Assembly: GCA_964016885.1 (NCBI GenBank)
Contig: OZ024740.1
Span: 86,056,001 to 86,120,000 of the forward strand
DNA: 64,000 nucleotides
DNA from: Eledone cirrhosa
Taxonomy: Eukaryota
Direction of reading: 5' to 3'
Shown one piece after another: positions 24,699 to 38,599 of the stretch. The translations under genes were made by a program, and so were the position numbers. The stretch's first letter is position 1. Each line of letters begins with the position of its first letter. A model generated the notes under the pieces. The model made no database searches. It saw nothing but the letters and a program-made list of their open reading frames with translations, and had not been told where the DNA came from.

Positions 24699-26144
24699 AA
24701 GTGTGTGGGAAGAGAGTTCAAAGGGTGTGTAGGGGAGTGGTGGAGAGACATATAGCAAAAAGGGGGTGAGAGGAAACGGTGCAAGTGAAATTAAAATTAA
24801 GGCATGATCAAAATAAAATTAAAATTAAAATGGAGTAAAACAGGTGGTGGAAGGGTGTGGGGCGTGTAGGGGTGGTGGCGGGTGGAGTGGGGAGAGGGAG
24901 ACTGGGTGTCCGAGCGGGGAGGGCTGAAGGTGGTGTGTGTGTGTAGGTGTACGTGTGTGTGTGTGTGTGTGTGTATGTGAAAGCATGGGTTGGGGGAAGA
25001 ACGGGGTTGCATGTTCAGGAAGAGGTGTGTGGGGGTGGGGTGTAGGTCGGAGTGTGTGTGCGTGTGTGGATAGAGGGGTGGGGGGAGATGATTCCGGAGG
25101 CTGAATGTGTAAATATGTGGTGGTACGCACGTGTGTGTGTGGTGTTTATGTGTGTTGTGGATGTAGGTGGCGTGCGGGAAAAAAATGTTTTGGGGTGTAT
25201 GTCTGGGGGTGAGTCGTAAAGGTAATTCCGGAAAAGGATATGGTGGAATGCTGAGTAAAATCCTTGGGATGCGGTAGATTCTCGGGATCAAGGTTCACAT
25301 ATGTGTAATCCGTGAAGAGATTGGTCGGAAGAGGGGAGATGTGGGGTGCGCGCGCAACAGGAAGTGGTCAAGGCAGGAGGAGTGTGGTGTGTCTGTAGTC
25401 AGAGGCATAGCAGCAGTAGGGTAAAATGGTGAGTGTGTGTTGTGTGTCTGTGTGTGCGGGGAGGTGGTCAGAGGGCATAGCAGCAGTAGAGTAGAATGGT
25501 AAGGGGAAGGGGATGGGTAGGTGTGAAAGTTGGAGTGAGGAGGGTGTGTGTGTGTGTATTAGTAGAGGTGTTAGTGGGATGAGTGAGTGTTTGAGAAAGG
25601 GTGTGGGTGGAGCGGGGAGAGAAGGGTGTGGGGGCCGATGGAGGGAGTGTAGTGTACTGGTGTGTGTGTGTGGTGAAGGGGGTGTTAGTGGGTGTTAGTA
25701 TACTGGAGGTGGAGAAAGGGTTGAATGCGGGTGTGAGTGGGGGTCAGTGGTGGTAGGGTGTGTAGAGTGGGTGGTGTTCGAGGGTGTGTGTGTTCGTGTG
25801 CGTAGGGTTGGAGGGTGTTAGTGATGTTAGTTGCGTGTAGAGTGGGTGGTGTAAGTGGGTGTGTGTGTTCGTGTACTTGGGGTCAGGGGGTGTTAGTGAT
25901 GTTAGTTGCGGGGTGGTGGGGTGGAGGTGTGGGGGTGAGGGTTAGTGGTGGTAGTAGGGTGTATGTTTAGTGTGAGCGCGTGTATATATGTACCGGTGGG
26001 TGTGTGCGTGTGATAAGCAGGGGGGGAGAAGAAGGGAGGGATGTTAGTATGTTAGATATATATGATGGCTGCCCCCTTGTTATCGAGTATGGCCATTGCT
26101 CAATATAACATTATTAATAATTATTAACTAATGCCATCATGCCA

Positions 26145-26442
26145 TCGTGCAATGCCTCTGCGTGAAGATTTATTTTTCAAGTGAGGAAAGACTGTGCACT
26201 GAGCCAATCCCACTCTCTGAGAGACAGTAGCTATAACCCGAAAAGAAGGTGGTTTAACTGCGCAGTACATGTATATATACATATTTACACACTTTCGGAT
26301 GGCTGTTGACTCTTATGAGTTTCTTCCGCCCTTTGTCAGGTTTTGTTTTTTGTCCTGCACAGTGTCTAAAATCACCCTCCGCACCAAGTAAACTTGATGG
26401 GGTTGCCGGTTTAGTCGCTGACGACCCGACCATGCGACAGGT

Positions 26443-26445
<3 letters not shown>
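26145..26445 (-). mobile_element. RTE-derived non-autonomous repeat
   Basis: Reverse-complement homology to 42875-43285. Confidence 0.7.
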
Positions 26446-26500
<55 letters not shown>

Positions 26501-27141
26501 ATATTTTTCTCCATCGAAACGTGTTCAGCCTAACCGTAAGGCATAGCAATTTTATTAATAATTTGATACGCATATATTATATATACATACACACACACGC
26601 ACACATCCATATATATATATTTATCTATATATTCTCATATATACATGTTAGTGTGTGTGTGTGTGCGTGTGTGTATATGTGAGTGTTTGCGGTGCGTGAG
26701 AGTGTGTGACTATGTCTGTATATATTAACATTCATATAACAAGAAGAAAATTATGAAAAATGTAATTACTAATGTAAGAAATATTTCTGCCAGATTTGAT
26801 ATATAGATTTCAAAATTCAATATAACAAACTTTGGATACTGAACCTATTGGCCTATAAAGCCATTCCTAATTACACACGAAAGATATTCCTGTACATACA
26901 CGCAGATTTAGACACACACACGAGCACAGTTACACTCACGCACGCACGCACACACGCACACACACACACACACACATACACACATACGCTCAGACACGTA
27001 TGTCGATATAGACGTAGACACAAACGCAGATCTGCATCCACGCACGCACACACACACACACACACATATGTACATATGCATATATACATATTTATGTATT
27101 ATATATATATATACATATATATACATATTCACATATATATA

Positions 27142-27187
<46 letters not shown>

Positions 27188-27333
27188 TATTTTCCGTTGT
27201 GTTGTAATATAAATATTACACACAGTAGATTATCAGCTCACGTAGAGTTTGCTCGACGGTTCCAGTTGTAGTTCCAAAAGTAATCCGGAGAAAAATAGAA
27301 AGATTTGAATGGATACAGTTTATTGAAAGGAAT

Positions 27334-27453
27334 TTATTGACACGTGTTTCTATAACAGTTACATAACCTAAAACAGCTGCTATCTACAAACTTTTAGTTA
27401 TGCAGACATTCAATATTTCAATGTTATTATTTACTGTCATTTCATCAGAATAA
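27334..27453 (-). ncRNA. Hammerhead with long stem II, inside a fold-back cassette 27185-27626 (arms 27297-27392 / 27531-27626)
   Basis: UUAUU-CUGAUGA-[AUGACAGU...ACUGUUAU]-GAAA-CACGUG-UC-AAUAA. Confidence 0.75.
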
Positions 27454-27749
27454 TATTACTGAGGACCTATTTAGTTTTTATAGAGAATATTAGGAGGGAG
27501 GGGTGAAGTTGTTAGAAGAATAGTTGAAGGAGTTTGTAGATAGCAGCTGTTTTAGGTTATGTAACTGTTATAGAAACACGTGTCAATAAATTCCTTTCAA
27601 TAAACTGTATCCATTCAAATCTTTCTCTATATATATATATATATATTTACATATGTATAATATGTGTATATATATATATGTGTGTCTGTGTGCCTGTGTG
27701 TGCGTGCGTGCTTGTGTGTGTGCGTGTGTGTGCGTGCGAGCGTGTGTGA

Positions 27750-27780
<31 letters not shown>

Positions 27781-28272
27781 CAACAAAGCATACACACATT
27801 ATATATACATTTATTTGTACTCAGATTTACTTTGATTGTATTCACGCCACCATGTTGGTAATACTGTCAATGTATTCCTCCAAATTCTCTCTCATGCTAT
27901 TTCAAATACTGTAAAGAGAAAGAATGTTATTTATTATTCTTTTCTTTTTTGGTGAGGAATCCTTTATTGTACTGATCACCTACTAAGGCACCATTCTGGT
28001 GTATCATTGCTTCCTCTATGATACATACTATGTTCAGTTTTCATTGTTTTACACTATGTCTATCGGTAATTCAGAATGTAGGTCTAGCTATATCATCACA
28101 GTGTATATAGGATTGTATCAGGGTGGCTTGATATATGTCATCAGGTAATGAATTTGTAAATTGTTTTGAAAAAGCTGCAGGAATGGGTTACAAAGAACCG
28201 AAAATGATACGTTTGGTAGTAAGTTATAACCATACATACATATATACATACATACACATATACACATACACA

Positions 28273-28315
<43 letters not shown>

Positions 28316-28320
28316 GTATA

Positions 28321-28645
28321 TGGTGGCTTCCAACTCGTTTTCGAGTACGGCCACTACTTTATATCCATGTAGGAGAACCCCTACCGATGCGCTGAACAAG
28401 TGTGACTTTTTAGTCCAGCCAGCGACTTGAAAACTCTGGTACAAACACTACACCTGTGACAATTATTGACACATAGTGCTGGACCCATGGTACCATGTGA
28501 CGACAAGTGCAGAGAGATTTCCAGATATAAAGCAATGCCTGTGCCGTGAAGCTTTTATAGTGAGCAAAGGCACTGCACAAAGCCAGTCCCACTCTCTTAA
28601 CCAAGATGATATTTACCAAAAAGAACAAGTCAACATCATTGGATA
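28321..28645 (-). mobile_element. RTE-derived repeat, 3' half with C2H2 remnant
   Basis: Reverse complement of ~47850-48179. Confidence 0.75.
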
Positions 28646-28647
28646 TG

Positions 28648-28808
<161 letters not shown>

Positions 28809-28887
28809 GGTAAAAAGAAATAACAACACAATCGGTAGAGTATATGGAAGGTACATATTAGGTTAACGCTTGATATAGCAGGAAGAG

Positions 28888-28928
28888 GGTTTTAACGTTT
28901 CGGACGCTAGTCCTTCATCAGAAGAAAG
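28888..28928 (-). ncRNA. Minimal hammerhead
   Basis: CUGAUGA-A-GGAC-UAGC-GUCC-GAAA-CG-UU; stem I is weak. Confidence 0.7.
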
Positions 28929-29089
28929 AATGAGAAATAAAATAGATTGGGCCGGATGGAATTGGAAAAAATGTCTGTCGATAAAAATAACAGGTCCATT
29001 CATGTTGACGTGTTACTACTTCTACCAAACTCGTCCTATGGACTGAGTGCTCTACCGCTACGGTTATTACCTTCCTGTGTTCTTCTCTA

Positions 29090-29590
<501 letters not shown>

Positions 29591-29715
29591 TCAGGTTTCA
29601 ATTTACTCTCCTCGTCAGACTATGGTCTGGTGGCAGAGCCGGTTTAGTCGGCGACCACCAGACCATGAAACAAGTTGTACTGGTCTACATGGTAAGAGTA
29701 GCAGGCAGAGACGTG

Positions 29716-29800
<85 letters not shown>

Positions 29801-30899
29801 ACACACACACAGAAAGTCGGTTCTAATTTAATTTTTCAATAACTTAATATCAATTAGGATTCATGTCTTGAATAATTAAGATTTTAAATTAACATACAGC
29901 CCAAATTATAAATAAAATAATAAGATGTAGTTGAAAGGTAGCGTATGCAGCTATTCGTACCAGAATCTGACCACATGTTATCACATTACTCAATGTGTTC
30001 CTCGCTGATTTAATGTATGATTTGTGTATGATTTGGCTGCTATTTTTAGCAAGTTGTTGAATTAGGTATAGGTACTGTCGTTATCTCGAAAGTTTTTATT
30101 GTATATAACCTACAGATATTTAATACGTATTTCTTCCTTTGATCCTTATTCTCTCCGTCTTGCACCAAAGCTCATAATAAATCACTATTGACAGAATCTA
30201 ACTTCAGCCAGAGAAACTTTCTTGTTCTTCACATTCTTGTTTCCGCTGCTGACACGTACAGCATTATTTTTCTTTCTTCGTTCAAGTTCCACATTGAATT
30301 ATTGAATACTATTCGTATAACGGATGGTTTATCTATTAACATATGGAGGTTACTGTACACATCACCATTTGTTGTTTAGTAACTGCCAAAGCACAATAAA
30401 GTGCTATCCATTAATATTACATCCTTGTTGTGTGTGCCGCAATACTTCCGGAATTGGGAATTCGGTTTTTTGTTTGATTTATTTCATTGCATATTTTTTT
30501 CATACTGATACTGAATTTTGCAGAAGATACGCTGTGTTTGTTGGATATTGCTGAAAGGTTAGTAGCTTATTAGACATAGGTGAAACTTGAATTCATCATG
30601 TAATGTTGCAATCAGTTGCACGAGAGTGCTAGTCCGATGCATTATATAATAGATAAAAGTAAAAACACGTAAAATGATAAATAGTTTGTACAATCACTTA
30701 ATAGCAAAGAATATGCAGAAGAAATATATTTCCTTTGAGTCAATTCTAATACAATAACCAATTGTGACATATTGGATTTAAATAATGATGCTGCTGCATG
30801 AAATGTAACAGCATAGAATACCCCTGAATTCTCAGATGCTTCCACATATATTTTAGGTATATCTCCTTTAAAACCTATTTTACTAATCAAATGGGCAAC

Positions 30900-31325
30900 A
30901 AGACCTACAGGATAAAGTGGGAAGCGTTGGTGGATAAGGAAGTCAGGACCAGGTATGCAGATACTATTACATCCAAATTCAGCGAACTCCCTGAGTAAAC
31001 TGAGGACGTTGAGACAGTTTCTGCAGAGTGGAAATTGTTCAGCTCAGTTTCTGCTTCAGCTGTTAAATATTACGGGCGAAAGAGGCTCGATGTGGCACCG
31101 GGTGGTAGAAAGACCCCTTGGTTCAATTAAAAAGTTAAAGGTGCTATACAATACAGAAGAAGGCTTACAAAGCTTGGCTTGGAAATAAGTCCTCCTTTCA
31201 CGTGCGGTAGAAGCAGGCACGATGAATCGCAGCAGAGTCAGTAAAGGTGGCCAAAGTTAACACATGGGAGGACTTTGGGGGTAAAGCTGGAATCTGACTT
31301 AAGATTAGCAAATAAATTGTTCTCG
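30900..31325 (+). pseudogene. Decayed RTE (Expander/Rex3-like) LINE linker fragment
   Basis: Broken reading GGRKTPWFN*KVK..KKAYKAWL..VKVAKVNTWEDFG..LESD...ANKLF. Confidence 0.5.
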
Positions 31326-32999
31326 AAATTCTATATATAAAGTGAATTTTTAGGGAAGCTTCACCCGTAAATGATCAAACATCACTAATGATGCTGTGAT
31401 ATGATCTGCTTTAAGAAAGTCTTAATCGATTGAGTCTTCATGTTGTGCTTCACCTTTCTACAGGGCTTTGTTGGATTTTTTTATCTTAATTGTTGTAGGG
31501 AGACTACTGCCGGTTTTCATCTAGCTGTGACTAGACCTGTTGGGCCTATCATGCTGCATGTTCGCGCTCATGTTTTATGGCGGGGTCATCTGGACATCTG
31601 ACTTCAGTTAACTCACTATTGTTGTTACCACTCATCTCTATTCAAGATTTAACTGAAGCTGCATATATGTATATCGTATATCTCACCTGCTTAGCGCATA
31701 ATATCTAATTAAATTAACTACCATCATAAGCACCAATAATATGCATGCTGGAATTTTCAATTTGCTGGTACATATTTGGTAGATATTACAAAGAAATTAG
31801 TTGCGTATTCTTCTGTCGACAAATAAATGTGTGCATAGTCTCTGAGGATGGTTCTAATTACATTCGAATTTCAAATCAGATCGTTGTATCTCTTTCCGTC
31901 CACAGAGAAATACGTAAAATACACACATGTTTACGTATATCAGTGTATGTATTTAGACATTTACGCAACTTTCACTAAATGTTGTATTGTTTCTCTATAG
32001 ATAATTTTTTAAAATTATATATCTCAAATGCTTAATGCTCAGTTCAATATCCGATTGAATATGGACTGGAACAACTCGAAATGCTTTTGTGTTATACGAT
32101 AAATGCCAAGTAACTGACTGATATGATGTTGGCCTCTTTAAATGTTCAGTCATTGAGGAAACACGATTAGTTTGGGGTTAATGCAGCCAAATGGGAACAA
32201 TATTTACAACGCCACTATTTCACCAATTACCAAGGCACTGAAAGGAATGGCAAACACTGAGCAAGCCAAATGTATACAATTCGGAATACAGAAATCAAGT
32301 GTACTTAGAATAGATATACATTGTGAAGAATCTTACGATAACAACATAAAGGAAGCAAAGTAGACACTCCTTGATGAATACTGCAAAAAGGATGCAATCA
32401 TTCAATGTAAAATACTGCAAGACATTAACATCAAGGACTTGAAGTGCCGATAAAAATTGTCTCAGCCATAGCAACTAGCAAATAGCAAACAAAAAGTAAA
32501 TATATATGCCACAGCAAAAATGATAACAATGGAAAATAGAATGAAGATCTTTAACCATAAGAAAGAACAAAAGAATCGACAAGGCTCATGGGAAGGACTA
32601 GTAGAGAAGAATAGCTTATAGAAATCTCAAAGATGGAATTGGCCAATTTACTGTCACGAGGATAAAAGAACTGAAATAAAAAGAAATACAAAAAAAAAAA
32701 AAAAATGAAATGGAAATAAAAAAGAGAGTGAAACAAACTGGGCCAACAAAGAATACGAAAGAAGTGGTCACATAAATAAACAGAACAGTAATAAATCTAG
32801 GTAGTAGTAAAAATAAAGATATTGTTCCCACAAAACTTACAAATATAAATTATATATTCATACACAAATTCATATATCTACTTATATATAGCTGCGTGTG
32901 TGTGCATGCATGTGTGTCTGTCTACATGTATATTTTTTATTGCCAATTGATGACGTTTAATGTATTTTGCTGTCTATGTAAGTATTCAATATAAGTATT

Positions 33000-33037
<38 letters not shown>

Positions 33038-33190
33038 GGGGGGGGGGGGTGCACGCGTGTGTGTATGCATATATGTATAAATATATATAAGTACATATAT
33101 ATAAATATTACACACGCAAACACACACACACACGCATATATATATACAAATATATCAAAATGAAAATCCGAAGGCAAGGTAAAATTCCAA

Positions 33191-33278
33191 TCATTTAATC
33201 ACGACACATGTTTCAATAAGAGATAGATCGATTGTGAAGCCATGATCGATTATCACTGATCTCATCAGGTGAAAATGA
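33191..33278 (-). ncRNA. Hammerhead with extended stem II
   Basis: UCAC-CUGAUGA-[GAUAAUCGAU..AUCGAUCUAUC]-GAAA-CAUGUG-UC-GUGA. Confidence 0.7.
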
Positions 33279-34014
33279 ATTGTCTTCAAATTCTTGATAT
33301 GAGGGTGAAAAAATAACGATGTTCTCTCACAGAATTCATTCCCTCATATGGAGACACACCAGTCAGTCAGAGACAAGGCGACTGCTATTAGTTTTAGTTG
33401 AGGTCATAAAAGTTTTCAGATTTCTATCGCTGCAAAAGACGCTGGACATCAATCAAATCTGTAGGGATACAGTCAGTCACAGTTAAAAGTGAGTGGGTAC
33501 ACACACACTCCACACCCACATACATCGGCTCGAGGTCAAAGAAAAATATATACTTATATTTACACACATCAACACAGTATTAAACCCGTAGAATTAGCGT
33601 GGGTGGGTACACACACACTTTCACACACACCGAAGCAATGTCCGAGAAAAAACAAATATAATAAATATAAGAATGTACCAACACAGCACTCACCGAAAGT
33701 TAGTTCACAAAGCAACAGAAGCTATGTCGGTCAAATCTCAATTTGACGATGTAAACTGGAAATATTGGGTTAAAAAAAAAATGTTTATGTTTACGAAGGA
33801 ATTTTCAAGGTGATATAAAGTAAGAATATAGTGTATTGTGTAATAATTGTTTCTATGTTAGGCACAGTGAGAAAAGGTACAGATTAGGGGTTAGAAATTA
33901 AAAGAAAAAGAAAAGAAAAGGAAAAGGAAAAAAGGGAAGTGATGAATAGGAGTGATATAGAATATAATAAATAACTTTGAAATAAGGTAGAAAGATGGGT
34001 ATATTTTTAAAGAA

Positions 34015-34069
<55 letters not shown>

Positions 34070-34179
34070 CCTTTGAGAAGAGGATTCTGAATTGATAAAG
34101 TTTAGGATATTAGCTGTATACTTTATGGAAAGTTCTGTGGAATTTATGCAAGCAGATAGAAAACAAGTCAGTATTATAT

Positions 34180-35236
<1,057 letters not shown>

Positions 35237-35371
35237 AAAACGTATGACCCAGACGGCAGAGCTCAAGCCGTTTCGACGGCTATTTCTGGACTATTACCCA
35301 CTCTACTACCCTAAGTATTGAGTACTCTGGTGCGTTATGGTCCATCTGGTTACTTACCACAATTCCTTCGT

Positions 35372-35403
<32 letters not shown>

Positions 35404-35699
35404 TGGTAAACGGAATAGAAAATGCTGACAAATTGTTCACAGTGAAAAATAGTTTAATTAGGAATAAGTGAGAATTAGTAATTGTATTGGTTAGTATTCA
35501 GTTTTGGTTTTAAATTTTACCGGTTGCTCATTTCTAATGCTTTTCAAAAATAATTTTGAGATAGAGCGTCCATGATGTTTGCTCTGATCTATACATATAT
35601 ACATATATACATATATACATAGACATATATATATATAGAGAGAGAGATTACAATAATCAAAGTTCAGTTTAAATCATTTATTTGCTTACAATTGTTTCC

Positions 35700-36831
35700 T
35701 GCAAATTAGGCTTCAGGTAGGTATACGGTGCTGACGATAGCTAATAAGCTTGAAACTAGTACATCGTTCCTTTGTCAGTGTTGAACAAAAGGGCAACGAT
35801 GGTTGCTAAACACTGTACGGCTTAATTCAGGATGTTTGTTTACAAACACACCGAGCATTATAATAAATGTTCGGTGAATCCATACGTACATATATATATA
35901 TGTGTGCATGTATGTATATATATATACATACTACTGTACGTCTGTATACATATATGTATGTACGTATACATACTTATATTTAAGTAACAGCCGTACTAAG
36001 TGTGAGAAATGAAATTTCGTTTCATTTTTTTCGTTTATCGTTTTCAGTGCGCCCGGCCGATTAACTCACTCGATATGCAAATTAGGCTGCTCAGCCGATA
36101 ATATGCATAAGGAAAGTATATACTTTCAGACGTTCTATCATCTGGCAGGAAGGTATACGGTGCTGACGATAGCTAATAAGCTTGAAGCTAGTACATCGTT
36201 CCTTTGTCAGTGTTAAACGAAAGGGCAACGATGGTTGCTAAACACTGTACAGCTTAATTCGGGTTGTTTGTTTACAAACACACCGAGCATTATAATAAAT
36301 GTTCGGTGAATCCATACGTACATATATGTGTGTGCATGTATGTATATATATACATACTACTGCACGTCTGTATACATATATGTATGTATGTATACATACT
36401 TATATTTAAGTAACAGCCGTACTAAGTGTGAGAAATGAAATTTCGTTTCATTTTTACCGTTTATCGTTTTCGGTGCGCCCGGCCGATTAACTCACTCGAT
36501 ATGCAAATTAGGCTTCAGGTAGGTATACGGTGCTGACGATAGCTAATAAGCTTGAAACTAGTGCATCGTTCCTTTGTCAGTGTTGAACAAAAGGGCAACG
36601 ATGGTTGCTAAACACTGTACGGCTTAATTCGGGATGTTTGTTTACAAACACACCGAGCATTATAATAAATGTTCGGTGAATCCATACGTACATATATATA
36701 TGTGTGCATGTATGTATATATAAACATACTACTGTACGTCTGTATACATATATGTATGTACGTATACACACTTCAATTTAAGTATCAGCCGTACTAAGTG
36801 TGAGAAATGAAATTTCGTATCATTTTTTTCC

Positions 36832-36832
<1 letters not shown>
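35700..36832 (+). mobile_element. Retrozyme-like tandem array: three ~370-bp non-coding units, each with a hammerhead
   Basis: CUGACGA at 35731, 36163, 36533; ACGGUG-CUGACGA-U-AGCU-AAUA-AGCU-U-GAAA-CUAG-UA-CAUCGU. Confidence 0.8.
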
Positions 36833-36873
<41 letters not shown>

Positions 36874-37440
36874 GTATGTGTATTTATGTATTTATGTATA
36901 TATGTAGATGTGTTTGTATATGTTTTTATATGTGTATATTAATATATATATATATGTGTGTTTGTGTGTGTGTGTATGTGAAGTTGTCTGTTGACACCTG
37001 AAATATAGCTTAAGAGAAACATGACAATAATGATAGGCACCCAATATTTGAACTGGTTCATAGAATTCTCTTGGCCTTTGTCACTCTATTTAGAGCTTTA
37101 AAGTATTAGCTTTTAAAGAATTTCTCTTTTCTTTAAATCCATCAACCATGACCGACCTCCAACCACCTTATAGACACCTGAAATATAGGCATTGTTAGGT
37201 TAAGAAAATCTTAAAAATAAGGAGTGGCACCCCAATTTGAACTTGTTTATAGAATTCTTTCTGCCTTTGTCACTCTAAATATAAATTATAGCCTTAATGA
37301 AGTAACACCGTACTCGCACCACCAACAACACAAACGAAGACGGGTGAGTTGCATTACGTTGAGTACTCTCCATAATATTACATCGAGATTGACCATACGG
37401 AATGACCAGTTCTATCCAGTGGTGAACCAACTAACCTAAA

Positions 37441-37626
<186 letters not shown>

Positions 37627-37686
37627 AAATATTAAAAAAATAATGAATAAAACAATGAAACAGTTCCTTATATTAAACAAAAAAAG

Positions 37687-37841
37687 TTCATTATTTAACG
37701 ATCGTTTCTAGGATATATATGTGTTAGAATTGGCATGCATATTCAACAGATCTATGTACAAAATTATACAAAATTATACAAACTATCAAGATTAAATATA
37801 CATACCAAACACACATATATGCCGTCTTCAGAAATAATGAA
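37687..37841 (-). ncRNA. Hammerhead with perfect 10-bp stem I and ~115-nt stem II region
   Basis: UUCAUUAUUU-CUGAAGA-...-GAAA-CGAUCG-UU-AAAUAAUGAA. Confidence 0.8.
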
Positions 37842-38315
37842 ATATATTTATTGATAATAACAACAATTCAAAATTTCAGGTCCGTTTGGGAACGGAGTTC
37901 AAATTGACCAATGAAAATACAAAAAATTTTTTGCAGTTTGGTGTGTGTATATACATGTAATTAACTTCGTACACATATTTATACAAAGATATATGCTCAA
38001 CATGCATACGCATGCCAAAAAGATGTATGCAAATACAAAAATTCAAGGCTAATGTCTCTGTAAGTTTATAATCCACAGATAAAATGCGTATAGACACATA
38101 AATATGAAATAAATGTATACACATATTCACATACTCACACATATCCGTACACTCACACACACACGCGCGTATATGCATAAACATACACATAATTACGAAC
38201 ATACATACACACACACCCCCACACACATATATATGTGGATATAATATTATCATAAGCACATGGATATTAATGCACGCACATAAACACTGCCACACACACT
38301 TAGATCAAGATACAG

Positions 38316-38492
<177 letters not shown>

Positions 38493-38599
38493 TCTTCTGG
38501 TTTTATAATTTCACAAATGTTTGCCAATGGAGAGAGAGTCGGTTTCTAACATAGACACAAGATTCTCTCATTGTAATTTACACAACATCAACTAGGTAG

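Larger units (their letters stand above)
24141..26160. repeat. 242-bp direct repeat (24141-24382 = 25919-26160)
   Basis: Apparently identical at offset 1778. Confidence 0.85.

Noticed and set aside
30642-30905. Possible host exon on minus after a cctgtag acceptor-like site
   Set aside because: No recognisable domain, no donor or partner exons, abuts an RTE fragment
36075-36082. Octamer ATGCAAAT in the tandem unit as an snRNA-type promoter
   Set aside because: An 8-mer is expected by chance in AT-rich DNA; no recognisable snRNA or proximal element
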